Notes: generated by a model not told the origin, from the letters alone. DNA of 64,000 nucleotides from Thermodesulfobacteriota bacterium (GCA_034189385.1 JAXHVD010000008.1:64001-128000), one strand, 5' to 3'; positions 28,168 to 38,172 are shown, counted from the first letter of the stretch. Translations and numbers: made by a program.

Positions 28168-29406
28168 TTAAGGAGTAAAGAAAAACTGAAATCCTTCTAT
28201 CTTTGTTACGTGGGGGTAGGTTTCGGAATCTGTCTCAAAACACTTGCATCCCTTTTCAAATGTCAGACGCCTTTCTTTAAAGAGAATGCAACTGCGCAAC
28301 GTGGCACCACCATCATAGTCAAAACGGCCCATTCCCGTCACCATAAGGCCGGGGACATGAATGGGTTCTGCATTTGCACGATCAAAAGTATTCTCTACAC
28401 AGAACTTGAGCGTTCGGCCGTCTTGCCCAGCCTCCAGTCCTGTAATTCTAAGATACCCGAGACGGGGGTCCCTCTTAACACTATGCTGGTCAATGGTATT
28501 CTGATCAATGACGATTACATCTGGAAGATTGTCCATGGAAAACTGCTGGGTTGTTTCTGGCAGGCTGCTGGCCGTTTCCACAGGCTGTGAAAGTTCTGCC
28601 GGGGTTACGAAGAATTGTAAACCTTCTATTTTGGTGACGTGTGGGTAAACTTGGGGTTCGGTCCTGAAAACGTTCGGACCCTCCTTGATCTCCACCCGTC
28701 TTTCTTTGAGCAAAACGCAGTTGTGCAATGCCGCCCCGTCGTCATAGTCGACACGGGCCATACCACAGAGCATGATTTCACCAACGTGTATGGGTTGCCC
28801 GTTCGGTCGGCAGAAGGTGTTCTCGATGTTAAACTCAACTGTCTTACCGTCTTCAGCAACCTTCAGGCCTTTAATCTTTACATATCCGAGACGGGGATCC
28901 CTTTTGACGCCATGTTGCTCAATGGTGCTGCGGTCAATCATGATGACGTCGGGAAGACTACCGACCATAAACTGCTGGCTCGTATCTCCCGCAGTCCGTG
29001 TCCCCGTTGGTTCTGTCTTCGCTGCTGATGGTCCTTTTGGTCCTTCCCTTTTCTTTTCCGGTGAACCCATCTTTCCTTTTGGTTTTGGTCCAGCGGCCAA
29101 TTCTCTCTCCACGGCCTCTGCGCCCATTTCTTTCCTTGCTTCTTCTTCCGGTGTTTCCTTACACTCTGCTTCTTCGACAGCTGCCACTTCTTGGCTTGGT
29201 TTTGCCACTGTCGTTGTCGGCTCTGCTGACGGTGCCTTGTCTGTTTTGGGCGCAGCGGGACCTGGCTGCACGTCACTACTGCTTGTATCTGAGACATCCA
29301 CGCTAGGGCCCACCGCTCCTTTGTTCGCCCCACATCCGGACGTGCAGCCAAGTAGAATTGATGCCAAGAACAAAATGGGGATTACTGCCAAGGTTCCTTT
29401 TTTCAT
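28168..29406 (-). CDS. Lipoprotein with low-complexity linker and tandem duplicated unknown domain
   Basis: MKK + hydrophobic stretch + LLGC lipobox; two 126 aa repeats. Confidence 0.8.
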   Translation of the reverse strand: MKKGTLAVIPILFLASILLGCTSGCGANKGAVGPSVDVSDTSSSDVQPGPAAPKTDKAPSAEPTTTVAKPSQEVAAVEEAECKETPEEEARKEMGAEAVERELAAGPKPKGKMGSPEKKREGPKGPSAAKTEPTGTRTAGDTSQQFMVGSLPDVIMIDRSTIEQHGVKRDPRLGYVKIKGLKVAEDGKTVEFNIENTFCRPNGQPIHVGEIMLCGMARVDYDDGAALHNCVLLKERRVEIKEGPNVFRTEPQVYPHVTKIEGLQFFVTPAELSQPVETASSLPETTQQFSMDNLPDVIVIDQNTIDQHSVKRDPRLGYLRITGLEAGQDGRTLKFCVENTFDRANAEPIHVPGLMVTGMGRFDYDGGATLRSCILFKERRLTFEKGCKCFETDSETYPHVTKIEGFQFFFTP

Positions 29407-29942
29407 TTTAATTCGCATCCTTTCCATTTGATTTAGCGAAAGCATATCCGGATCTCGCAGCTGCCGCCCGTGAACCGGCAACATGACCTCGAGCATAGCA
29501 AGCACACAGTCTGGAGCGAGAGGTGGCAGCCAAACGTGAACTCCTCGAGTGTGGTCCAGGTACTTGCCGTTTAAAGTACCCTATGGAGATCTCTTCGAAG
29601 GGAATCTGCGGTCTTGGCTCCCTGGGGATCAACAAAGCCGAAGAACGGAACTTTTGGAAGAGGCTTCGTTAGCCGTGGAACCGCGAACGGCGGCTTCCTA
29701 CTTTTCTTCCCAACGGGCTCCCATAGCGCAAATGCCCGAAAAAGTCAAGGTAAAACGTGCATCTCCAGTCTTGCCTGTGAGCCTGCGGAGGGAGTGGGCC
29801 CGGAGCCCTCTCTGACCGATATAGCCTTGACAGATATGAGTTGATTAACGGCTTGTTTTTTGACTAAAATAGTGAGATTGGAACTGACGGCCTGGGGACA
29901 GGTCCGTCGCCGCCGTCACCTGAAGACGTTTCATAAGGGGGG

Positions 29943-31547
29943 ATGAAAGGGATGCTCAAGACTGCTTTTTCCGTGCTCCTGGTGAGCCTGGTGTTCTCCG
30001 TGGCAGGTCTGGACGCTTTTGTCTGGTCTGCGGAGAAGCAGAGGCTTGGCGCCAAAGTGAATGCGCCCTCTTTGAATGTGCTTGCCGACAAGCGCCTCCA
30101 AGACCCACTTGTGACGATTACTGACGAGTTCAGTCGCCTCACTGGATTTCCGATTTCTCTTAGCCTCCTTTCAGTCCTGAAAGTGGATGCCCTGGTGAAA
30201 AAGAAAGAGACTGAGTCTGATGTAGTCCTTTGGTTGCCCGCACCTTCCGGCAGCAAGACCTCATTGGACCTTCTTCAGGACACAAAGACAGTGGCCTGGG
30301 AATATCCTTCCATGGAGCCAGTGAAGGCCGCCGTGTTGACGATGCACCCCGAGGCGATCAGGTTTGTCCGTTTTGCCGGTGGTCCCGTTGGACATCGTCT
30401 GTGGTCTGAATCCAGTATGGGATTCACCATTACCCCCGATACGTCCGCGAAAGCTTATGAGTGGGTGGCCGAACACCGCGTCAAGCACACCTATCCCTTA
30501 ACGGCCATGCGCATGCTCGCCGAGTGTGGGGGGATACGTGACGGAATCTGCATCGATATTGGATGTGGGTTAGGCCATTTGGAGGTTGAGCTTGCCAAAC
30601 GATCCAACTTCACCATCAAGGGCCTGGACATAGATCCAGAAGCAAAACCCTTGTTTGAAAAGAGGATTCACGAGGCAGGCTTACAGGATCGTGTTTCCTT
30701 TATCCTGGGCGATGGTCAGGACATGCCCTTTCCTGACAACTATGCCGACGTGATTGTCAGCCGCGGAACATTGATCTTTATCACCGACATCGCAAAATGC
30801 CTCCGCGAGGTGGATCGCGTGCTGAAGCCCTCAGGGGTGGCTTTTCTCGGGGGACGATATACCTACACGCCTGAGCCCTGCAAAATCTCAACAGCGACGC
30901 TCAGGGGAATCGTCTACAAGTCAGGCGTTGCCGGGGCCCAGGTCATCGACGACCTGGGCCAGTGGGTCAAAATCATCGGCCCTGAAGCGCCAAGAGCGGC
31001 CCAGCAGTTTCAGGGGGGGCCCCGCATGCTTGCCAACCGATTCATCGCCGACTTCGGCATCACGAAAGGCAGAGCACTTTTGATCTGCCAACGTGACACC
31101 ACGATGCAGCAGGCAGTCCAGCAAGGATTCGTGGACATGACTGACCTGGAGATCACCGCATTGTATGCTTCTGAAGAAATGGTGGCCCAAGCCGAGAAAA
31201 GGATCCGCCAAGGGAAACTTGCCTCGCGCATCCGATGCAGGGCAGGCGGCCTCAGAGCCTTGCCGTTCAAGGATGCCTCTTTTGACCTGGTGGCCGGCGT
31301 GGGGCCCGTACTGCTCCTTGAAGAGGACCGGGAGAAGGCCATGGGTGAGATTTATCGCGTCTTGCGTCTCGGTGGCGCAGGTCTGGTGGGCGGAAAATTC
31401 CTTTACATGGCTGATGATCGCAAGGTCTCTACAGAGTCGCTGCGCCGAAACGCCGCTAGTACAGGGATCGCATCGATCCGGGTCTACGATGACGTGGGGC
31501 AGTGGGTGGAGATTCGCAAGGGGATCAGAGACGAAGACGGTCCTTAG
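29943..31547 (+). CDS. Signal peptide + ModA-like fragment + two class I SAM methyltransferase domains
   Basis: DIGCGLG, GLDID, MPFPDNYADVIVSRG, RVLKPSG; second domain LPFKDASFDLV, EIYRVLRLGG. Confidence 0.75.
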   Translation: MKGMLKTAFSVLLVSLVFSVAGLDAFVWSAEKQRLGAKVNAPSLNVLADKRLQDPLVTITDEFSRLTGFPISLSLLSVLKVDALVKKKETESDVVLWLPAPSGSKTSLDLLQDTKTVAWEYPSMEPVKAAVLTMHPEAIRFVRFAGGPVGHRLWSESSMGFTITPDTSAKAYEWVAEHRVKHTYPLTAMRMLAECGGIRDGICIDIGCGLGHLEVELAKRSNFTIKGLDIDPEAKPLFEKRIHEAGLQDRVSFILGDGQDMPFPDNYADVIVSRGTLIFITDIAKCLREVDRVLKPSGVAFLGGRYTYTPEPCKISTATLRGIVYKSGVAGAQVIDDLGQWVKIIGPEAPRAAQQFQGGPRMLANRFIADFGITKGRALLICQRDTTMQQAVQQGFVDMTDLEITALYASEEMVAQAEKRIRQGKLASRIRCRAGGLRALPFKDASFDLVAGVGPVLLLEEDREKAMGEIYRVLRLGGAGLVGGKFLYMADDRKVSTESLRRNAASTGIASIRVYDDVGQWVEIRKGIRDEDGP

Positions 31548-31626
31548 ACAAGGGGGGGCGTTAGAGGTATCTTAGCACTCACGCGAGCTGCGGCCCGTTG
31601 CTGAACAGGGAAGTGCCCATCGAATC

Positions 31627-31998
31627 ATGCTTTACAAGAATCTTGCAGATCTGGTCCTGACACTGCATTTTGCTTTTGTTCTATTTGCGATGCTCGGTGC
31701 ATTGCTGGTACTCATATGGCAGCGGTTGGCCTGGATCCATATCCCCCTTGCCCTGTGGGCAGTTATAGTGGAAATCACCGGCTGGATGTGCCCTCTCACG
31801 CCGCTCGAACATTGGCTCCGCCTGAAAGGGGGCATCCCTGTGGAGCAACTCGGGTTCGTGGAGCAGTATCTCTATCCTCTCCTTTATCCCACACCTCTCA
31901 CACGCGGATTTCAGGTGATTCTAGGTGCCGTGGTGTTGGGAGTGAACCTGTTGATTTACGGCTGGATACTCAGGAGGAGACGTAGCAGGAAGGGTTAG
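31627..31998 (+). CDS. DUF2784-like membrane protein
   Basis: LADLVLTLH, WIHIP, WMCPLTPLE, GFVEQYL. Confidence 0.8.
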   Translation: MLYKNLADLVLTLHFAFVLFAMLGALLVLIWQRLAWIHIPLALWAVIVEITGWMCPLTPLEHWLRLKGGIPVEQLGFVEQYLYPLLYPTPLTRGFQVILGAVVLGVNLLIYGWILRRRRSRKG

Positions 31999-32126
31999 AC
32001 GTCCTGGCAGTCAAAGGGCGGATTAGAACGAAAATGCCTTTTGCTACCATAATCAAAAAGGCTCTGGGCCAGGTCGTCGGATGCTGATCGGCTTGTTCCC
32101 TATGTCGGGTGTCTTGCCCCGACGCA

Positions 32127-32690
32127 CTAAGGACCAAGCATGGCTTGCTTAAGACTCTTCTGGGCAGGTTTGTCACAGAGCCATATGCCGAATAGGGCCT
32201 CTTTGAAGGCAAGGCCTTCTATCAGACAATTGAGTTCTTGGTTCTTGTAGACCTCGACGCCCTTGCCAGGGACATAGATCAGGTCATAGGTGTCATTTTC
32301 GCTTATCTTCTCTCTGAAGACAGAGATGAATTGCTCTATCTGAGCCTTGATAGGGGCGATATCTCCTCCTGTGGCGTTTTCAAACCCTTCCCTGGTTGCC
32401 TTTTCCATTTTTTCGCTCGTAATGAGAGAAGAAATGATATGCAATCTGATGGCCATGGGTTCATCTGCTGTGATGATCCTTTCTGGATCGTGCCCCCTTT
32501 TGTTCAAATAAAGGCCACCCACATAAAGACCCATGAACCACTTGGTGCGCACACCGGCACCGTTTAGGAGCAACTGGGTCTCACCGGCCTGCATGGAAGG
32601 GGGCATCGTGATGCCAGCCGTGTCCATAGCCATAACAAAAGGAGCCCATAACAGACCCGCCAATACTGCCACGAACAGTTTCTTATCCAT
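32127..32690 (-). CDS. Chalcone isomerase-like fold protein, exported
   Basis: LLNGAGVRTK, LYVGGLYL, FGIWL; signal peptide; 8 bp overlap with the upstream methyltransferase. Confidence 0.85.
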   Translation of the reverse strand: MDKKLFVAVLAGLLWAPFVMAMDTAGITMPPSMQAGETQLLLNGAGVRTKWFMGLYVGGLYLNKRGHDPERIITADEPMAIRLHIISSLITSEKMEKATREGFENATGGDIAPIKAQIEQFISVFREKISENDTYDLIYVPGKGVEVYKNQELNCLIEGLAFKEALFGIWLCDKPAQKSLKQAMLGP

Positions 32691-33576
32691 GATCAACCTC
32701 CAAGTCCTTTCGCCCTTTCGTGGACCTGCCGACCTTGCCACGAAATAGGGAATAGGTAAAAAAAGCGTAGTAATCGGGAAGATTCAAAATGAAATCCCGC
32801 GACTCTGGTTGACAGAGGCGCTTATATTGTACCCAATCCTCCGGCGCCATCTCCGGTTGTGCCCCTTTCCAACGCATGTCAAAGAGCGATATCAATGCGT
32901 TGCGGATGCCGTCACTCAGTGGCCCATGGACACTGCCCACAAAGGTGTGGCACAGGCCGTCCTCCAGGCCCGCATCGCGAAACCAACCTAGGGCCCGTAA
33001 GGGGTGAAGCTCCGGCCCCATTTCCCTGGTAAAAGGGGCTATGCCCGCAGCCGTTGCGTTGAGCCTGGCCTCCAGCAGGGGGTATCCGGGAAGAAGCTGT
33101 TGAGAAGACCAGATAAGGATAGCCACCGTGCCTCCTGGCTTCACCACCCGCGAAAGCTCTTTGAGCAACGAGACAGGTTTTCTTGCGGGATATCCCACGC
33201 AGTCTGAGCTCCACACCCAATCGAAGCGCTGATCATCAAAGGGAAGGGCATTGACGTCGCCCTGGTGAAAAGAGACCTGCCCTGATAGGGGGGACTTCCT
33301 TGATATCTCCCTTGCCCGAGCCACGAAGGGGGCAGAGAGATCGAGGCCAATGCAATGTCCCCCAGGTCCCACGGCCTCAGCCAGCATCAAGGTGACCTGG
33401 CCGATCCCACATCCGGCGTCCAGTCCCTGACTCCCTTGGGAAAGGTTCAATGCCTTTATGGCTGAACAAAGGACCGGCGTCCTCAGAACGTGGGACAAGG
33501 CCAATTGTTGTGCATAGACCTTTGCGTCAGACGATCTGGCCCCACCATGTTCTAATGTGTCGCCCATAGTCCCCAC
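32683..33576 (-). CDS. Class I SAM-dependent methyltransferase
   Basis: LDAGCGIG, GLDLS, LPFDDQRFDWV, RVVKPGG. Confidence 0.9.
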   Translation of the reverse strand: MGTMGDTLEHGGARSSDAKVYAQQLALSHVLRTPVLCSAIKALNLSQGSQGLDAGCGIGQVTLMLAEAVGPGGHCIGLDLSAPFVARAREISRKSPLSGQVSFHQGDVNALPFDDQRFDWVWSSDCVGYPARKPVSLLKELSRVVKPGGTVAILIWSSQQLLPGYPLLEARLNATAAGIAPFTREMGPELHPLRALGWFRDAGLEDGLCHTFVGSVHGPLSDGIRNALISLFDMRWKGAQPEMAPEDWVQYKRLCQPESRDFILNLPDYYAFFTYSLFRGKVGRSTKGRKDLEVDHG

Positions 33577-33662
33577 ATAGAGTCATCGTTTGACGGGCTT
33601 TTGCCAAAAGCTCTCCTCCCGTAGTTGCGAGCCGATCGGAGAAGTCTCGGTTTAGGCGCTAG

Positions 33663-34898
33663 CTATCCCTTGTCCGGTTTTTCAATATAGCCATCGGCGC
33701 TGTCCACCGATGGCCTGCCAGAGACAGCCGTGAGGATTTCACTGCTCACCGGGGGGCATCCCGCAATGAAGATCCCCCGGTGGCGGTGCATGGCCGCGCA
33801 ATTGCCGATGCACAGCGTGCCCTCTGGCACGTCTTCGTGGCCTTTTCCGATGGCAATGCAGACCCCTGTCTCTTTATCAAAGTAGTCAAAAAGGCGATCT
33901 CCGTAATGCTTGAGGAACAAGAAGACGGTAGCCTGACAGGCGCTGCATGACTTTTCGTCTAGTATCTTGACATTTGGAAATTCTATGGAGAGATCTTTTG
34001 GTGGGGGAGCAAAGGGAGATATCCATTGGCGCCAATGGGCCGGTGTCACAGAAATGGCTCCCAGGGCGATGACTCCATAGCCGCGTGCTGCGCCCAGGCG
34101 CAAATGGGGAATCTGCTCGGCCTCGGTGCCCATCAACTTGCACGCTACGGCGTCTGCTGCAAAGGCGTCAGCACTGACGACAACGGCATCCAGGGGCTTT
34201 GCCTGTCCGGCACTCGGTCCGAGGCCTTCCATGCCTACGGTGCCGTCAATGATGGCAAGGTGGGGCCGGAGCACGCCGGACAGGTCGGCAATGGCGATGT
34301 CGATCGGTTTTTCTTCCCGTCCCTCCACGGGCGGCAACATATGCAGTTCCACCTTGCTTCGTCGCCAGAGACAGCCTTTCATGTTCTTCACTGCCAGCGT
34401 CACGCCCGTGTGCATGTGCATCTTCATGACCGGAACGGAGACGACAAGATCGTATTCAAAGACTTCCGGGCAAACCTTCAGAGAATCGATGGCAAGACCA
34501 TTAGGGACCGCCACCTTGACAAAGGGTCGGGCATTCATGTCTATGAGGGGACAATGACGCTTTTCTGCGATGGCTGTAATACCAGAGGTGTCAAAGGCCT
34601 CAAGGGCCTTCACCCCCACGATGGGGCTTTCTCCAATAGCGACCTGTGCCCCGGCCTTTCTAAAGCAATCAATGGCAGCGGCCACGACCTGGGGGTCTGT
34701 CACGATGCCTTCCCCAGGAGGGGCCACCCTGCCGGCATTGGGCTTCAGCAGGACCCGTTTCCCCCGGGCAGGCGAAAGATCCACTTGGGCCAAGGCCGCG
34801 CAGGTGTTGGCATAGGGACCTTTTCCGGCAGCTACAAGGACTGACGGCCGTCCTCCCACGGGAAGAAAGGGGCTGTCAGTGAGAGACTTGGATGTCAT
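33663..34898 (-). CDS. DUF362 domain protein with C-terminal Fe-S-type Cys motifs
   Basis: VLLKPN, K-H--TGVTLAVKNMKG, MEGLGP; C-terminal CSAC, CIGNC, GCPP. Confidence 0.85.
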   Translation of the reverse strand: MTSKSLTDSPFLPVGGRPSVLVAAGKGPYANTCAALAQVDLSPARGKRVLLKPNAGRVAPPGEGIVTDPQVVAAAIDCFRKAGAQVAIGESPIVGVKALEAFDTSGITAIAEKRHCPLIDMNARPFVKVAVPNGLAIDSLKVCPEVFEYDLVVSVPVMKMHMHTGVTLAVKNMKGCLWRRSKVELHMLPPVEGREEKPIDIAIADLSGVLRPHLAIIDGTVGMEGLGPSAGQAKPLDAVVVSADAFAADAVACKLMGTEAEQIPHLRLGAARGYGVIALGAISVTPAHWRQWISPFAPPPKDLSIEFPNVKILDEKSCSACQATVFLFLKHYGDRLFDYFDKETGVCIAIGKGHEDVPEGTLCIGNCAAMHRHRGIFIAGCPPVSSEILTAVSGRPSVDSADGYIEKPDKG

Positions 34899-34912
34899 TC
34901 ATCGCACCTGTT

Positions 34913-34945
34913 GAAACAAAGGACCATCCCGATAGGGGATGGTCT
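34913..34945 (-). terminator. Terminator-like hairpin between the radical SAM gene and the DUF362 gene
   Basis: Minus-strand GACCATCCC...GGGATGGTC followed by CTTTGTTT. Confidence 0.5.
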
Positions 34946-35100
34946 CGTTATGCGGCCACGGCCCACCGAAATGGGGTCTTAAATAGGGAGACCTTTGCAT
35001 ATCAGAAACAATCCTTCACTGTAAAGGGTTGTGGTGAGGGGGGATAATTTCGCACCATGGATGTTGGAGAGAGAGGTCGCAAGGAACAAAGAATAAGGTT

Positions 35101-38100
35101 TCAGCGCTTGGCAGCCCTCTTCTTTGAACGAGACTTCTTGTTCGCTTTCAGGAGTGGGCAATCAGAACCGAGACAATCTTTGTTCGTCTTTCGCTGGCGA
35201 CAGACAACGGAAGCCTCTGCCAGTAACGTAATGGGGAGAATTGTTTTGGACAATTCTGCCGCCTTTTTCAGGGCAATCCAGGAGTCTCTCTGGCAGCATC
35301 GAGCGGCTTTCAGTTTAGCGATTTCAGTAAGCACAGCCTGGGTCACGGTTTGCACGGTCTTTCGCTCAGATGGTTTTAACGGATTGGCGTCAAGTATGAG
35401 GCTGAAGGAAATCCCCACGCCGACTGCGGCCCCGCACACGCCCATGAAGGCGCAGTGCCCCCCTGCAATGGTGCTGCCCCGTTTGATCCCTTCTGAAATC
35501 GTAGCATGGGAAATATCCCCACCAAGATTTCGAAAAGTAGAGAGAACAATCCCCGGCACCATGGCGTGGTGTTCTGGACCGTGGACAGGGATAGCAGGAT
35601 GTCTTCTGATATCTTCTAAGAGGGAAAGCATATCCGTCTCTCTTGTCTCCAGACAGATGTGCTCGATGGCCTTCAGGCCATCCTTCAGATGGCATGTGTC
35701 GCATACGAAATGTCCGTGTTCACAAAGGGCATTTGCAGAAAATGTCTTCTGACAGTAGGCGCAGGCCACCTCTTTGGGCTTTGAAAGATAGATAATGGGT
35801 GCGCCGCAGACCATGCACCCCGATGCCATTTTAGTCGAGACGAGGGGCTGAAGGACCTCACCCGGATCAGCGATGACAAAAGGGGGGCTTTTTACTTCCG
35901 GAGCCTGAAAACAGGCACAGGTGTTTTCTGCTGCCACGTTGGTAACGGCACCCTCTTCGTCAAGGATGAAGACGTCCTCCCCCAGAAGCTCAGCTTCTGC
36001 CTTAGGCAAATGGCAGACAATCCCTGGCATCAGCACCGTGCCTTTGGCAGAGACGATGCTCGGCAAGGGGCCGCGATACATGACCCTGACCTGTTCCGAA
36101 GAAAGTGGTTTTCGGGCCAGATAGGTAAGGGAAAAAAAGGGGTGTCCCTGGACCTCGCGATAGGGAAATCGTTTGATAAGCTGAATGGATTGAAAACCAG
36201 ATTCCTCCAGGATGCCGATCAGATCCTTTTGCGTCATGGCCCCTGCAATACATTCGCCTCGTAGTATCTCGTCATTACGAATGACAGGATCTGGTTCTGA
36301 ATCACAGACCACATCAGAGATGACCAGTCTGCCTCCTTGACGCAGGACTCTGTAGATCTCCGAGTATGACCGTCGCTTGTTCGCCGAAAGGTTCATGACG
36401 CAGTTAGACAAAATCACGTCCACGGATTCGTCTTCCAGGGGAAGTGCTTCAAGGTAGCCCTTTTTGAAGACGATATTCTTGTAACCTAGATTCTTGGACA
36501 CCCCTTTTAGGCCTTCGTTGGCAAGATGAAGCATGGGGTCCAGCATGTCCACGCCTATGACCATTCCTGTTGGTCCGGTCAACCGCGCGGCCACAAAGCA
36601 TTCCACGCCGCTTCCACACCCCAGATCAACGACTTGTTCTCCTAGCTGGATTTCGGCATCTATGACAGGGCTGCCGCACCCATAGCCGCGAAATCGAAAT
36701 CTCTCCGGGATGTGAGAGATCAATTCCTCAGGATAGCAAACTGGGTTTAAGATCTCTTTTTTCTTATCGCCCACGGCTTCGGTATAAAAGGACTTCACGA
36801 CGGCCAGGCTCTTCTCCTGTGCTGTGGCCAGTAGACAGTTTGAATGGACCAATGCCACACGACCATGGGCCCCGCAGCTTTCAAGGACATCGCCCATCTT
36901 CAAGCGCAGTTGAGGGGCCTGGGTTTCTTTTTGCCGACGGGCTTCTTCTGAGATGAGCCACAGCGCCATCTTTTCATACAAGGGCGTGTAGGGATCCTTG
37001 CCCATGAAGGCATGGCCGTGAATGTAACTGTGATCCGTATCACCGCCGCCCAAAAGGAAGCGCAGGGAAGAAGAGAGCCCGGCTACTGTTGCTTCGCGAA
37101 TCTGGCTGAGCACAGGACTCTGCCGCCAGGCCCTGTCAAGGCCGTCACCGAGCCCCGTTGCCAGCTCGGGGATATTGACTAGTGCTGCAGAAGGATACAA
37201 CCTGCCATCGGGACCCACGGCAAGGGATTCCCAAGCTGTCGTGGTCCCGTCATGGATGGTGTTGGCGGGGGCAAAGACCTGTGTCTTTAGGGCCTCTATG
37301 TTATCGATTTCAATGCCTCGCTCCTTTGCCCGTCGTGATGCGCGAATGAGACCTTGAAAGATCTCCTCTGGTAGGGCAAACTGTTCTGCTTTGCCCCGTC
37401 CCCGGATGAAATACCACATGAAATGGACATTTCCCGCCCCCACGTCAGCTGCAAAATCAACGATTTCAGGCATGTCACCCGTATTGCTCATGTTAACGCA
37501 CATGGAGATGGTGTAGGGGATGTGTTTTGAGTGAAGCCCTTTCAGGTTCTTGACGAGTCTTTCAAATGTCCCCTTGCCGCGAATCTGGTCATGCCGCTCC
37601 TGAAGGCCGTCTACGCTGATCTGGAGATGAAAACGATCTAAGGGCCATCTGCTCTGTGCCAACACAGAGGAAAGCTGCATACCGTTGGTGAGCACCACCA
37701 CGTGGGTGGCCTCATAGGCAAGTATGGCACGGACTATCTCTTCAAAGTCCCTATAGATGAAGGGCTCTCCACCGGTGAACACATATACGCGACACCCCAG
37801 TTCATGGGCCTCATGGGCCAGTTTTAGTACCAGACCGCTTGAGATTTCTGCCTTATCCTCAGGTGAAGAGACAAAAAGACAGTGGTTGCACTTCAGGTTG
37901 CAGCGGTTTGTCACATGAAACCAGAGCTCTTTGAGGCGGTCGAGCTTGAGAATCGCGGCCCTGCCTGGATACGGTAACGGAGTCGTGTCTGGCAAGCGTT
38001 CGATGAACCTATGAACGGAAAGATCTCCATGGAGCCTGCCCGTTTGGCCTATTTGACGCAGTAGGGCATCGCCGGCCTTGTTGGGAACAAACCATGCAGA

Positions 38101-38172
38101 TGCTCCTTTTTGAACATAGACAGCGGTGTCCTCGTACTCGATCCGGGTCCAACCTTGAATGTCAAAGCTCAT
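35101..38172 (-). CDS. Radical SAM / ArsM-like methyltransferase / DUF5714 fusion
   Basis: CNLKCNHC and TGGEP; YGCGSP, DLGCGSG, SNCV, GECIAGA; Cys-rich C-terminus CMVC, CAYC, CEHGHFVCDTC, HGPEHH, CGAAVG, RCC. Confidence 0.85.
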   Translation of the reverse strand: MSFDIQGWTRIEYEDTAVYVQKGASAWFVPNKAGDALLRQIGQTGRLHGDLSVHRFIERLPDTTPLPYPGRAAILKLDRLKELWFHVTNRCNLKCNHCLFVSSPEDKAEISSGLVLKLAHEAHELGCRVYVFTGGEPFIYRDFEEIVRAILAYEATHVVVLTNGMQLSSVLAQSRWPLDRFHLQISVDGLQERHDQIRGKGTFERLVKNLKGLHSKHIPYTISMCVNMSNTGDMPEIVDFAADVGAGNVHFMWYFIRGRGKAEQFALPEEIFQGLIRASRRAKERGIEIDNIEALKTQVFAPANTIHDGTTTAWESLAVGPDGRLYPSAALVNIPELATGLGDGLDRAWRQSPVLSQIREATVAGLSSSLRFLLGGGDTDHSYIHGHAFMGKDPYTPLYEKMALWLISEEARRQKETQAPQLRLKMGDVLESCGAHGRVALVHSNCLLATAQEKSLAVVKSFYTEAVGDKKKEILNPVCYPEELISHIPERFRFRGYGCGSPVIDAEIQLGEQVVDLGCGSGVECFVAARLTGPTGMVIGVDMLDPMLHLANEGLKGVSKNLGYKNIVFKKGYLEALPLEDESVDVILSNCVMNLSANKRRSYSEIYRVLRQGGRLVISDVVCDSEPDPVIRNDEILRGECIAGAMTQKDLIGILEESGFQSIQLIKRFPYREVQGHPFFSLTYLARKPLSSEQVRVMYRGPLPSIVSAKGTVLMPGIVCHLPKAEAELLGEDVFILDEEGAVTNVAAENTCACFQAPEVKSPPFVIADPGEVLQPLVSTKMASGCMVCGAPIIYLSKPKEVACAYCQKTFSANALCEHGHFVCDTCHLKDGLKAIEHICLETRETDMLSLLEDIRRHPAIPVHGPEHHAMVPGIVLSTFRNLGGDISHATISEGIKRGSTIAGGHCAFMGVCGAAVGVGISFSLILDANPLKPSERKTVQTVTQAVLTEIAKLKAARCCQRDSWIALKKAAELSKTILPITLLAEASVVCRQRKTNKDCLGSDCPLLKANKKSRSKKRAAKR

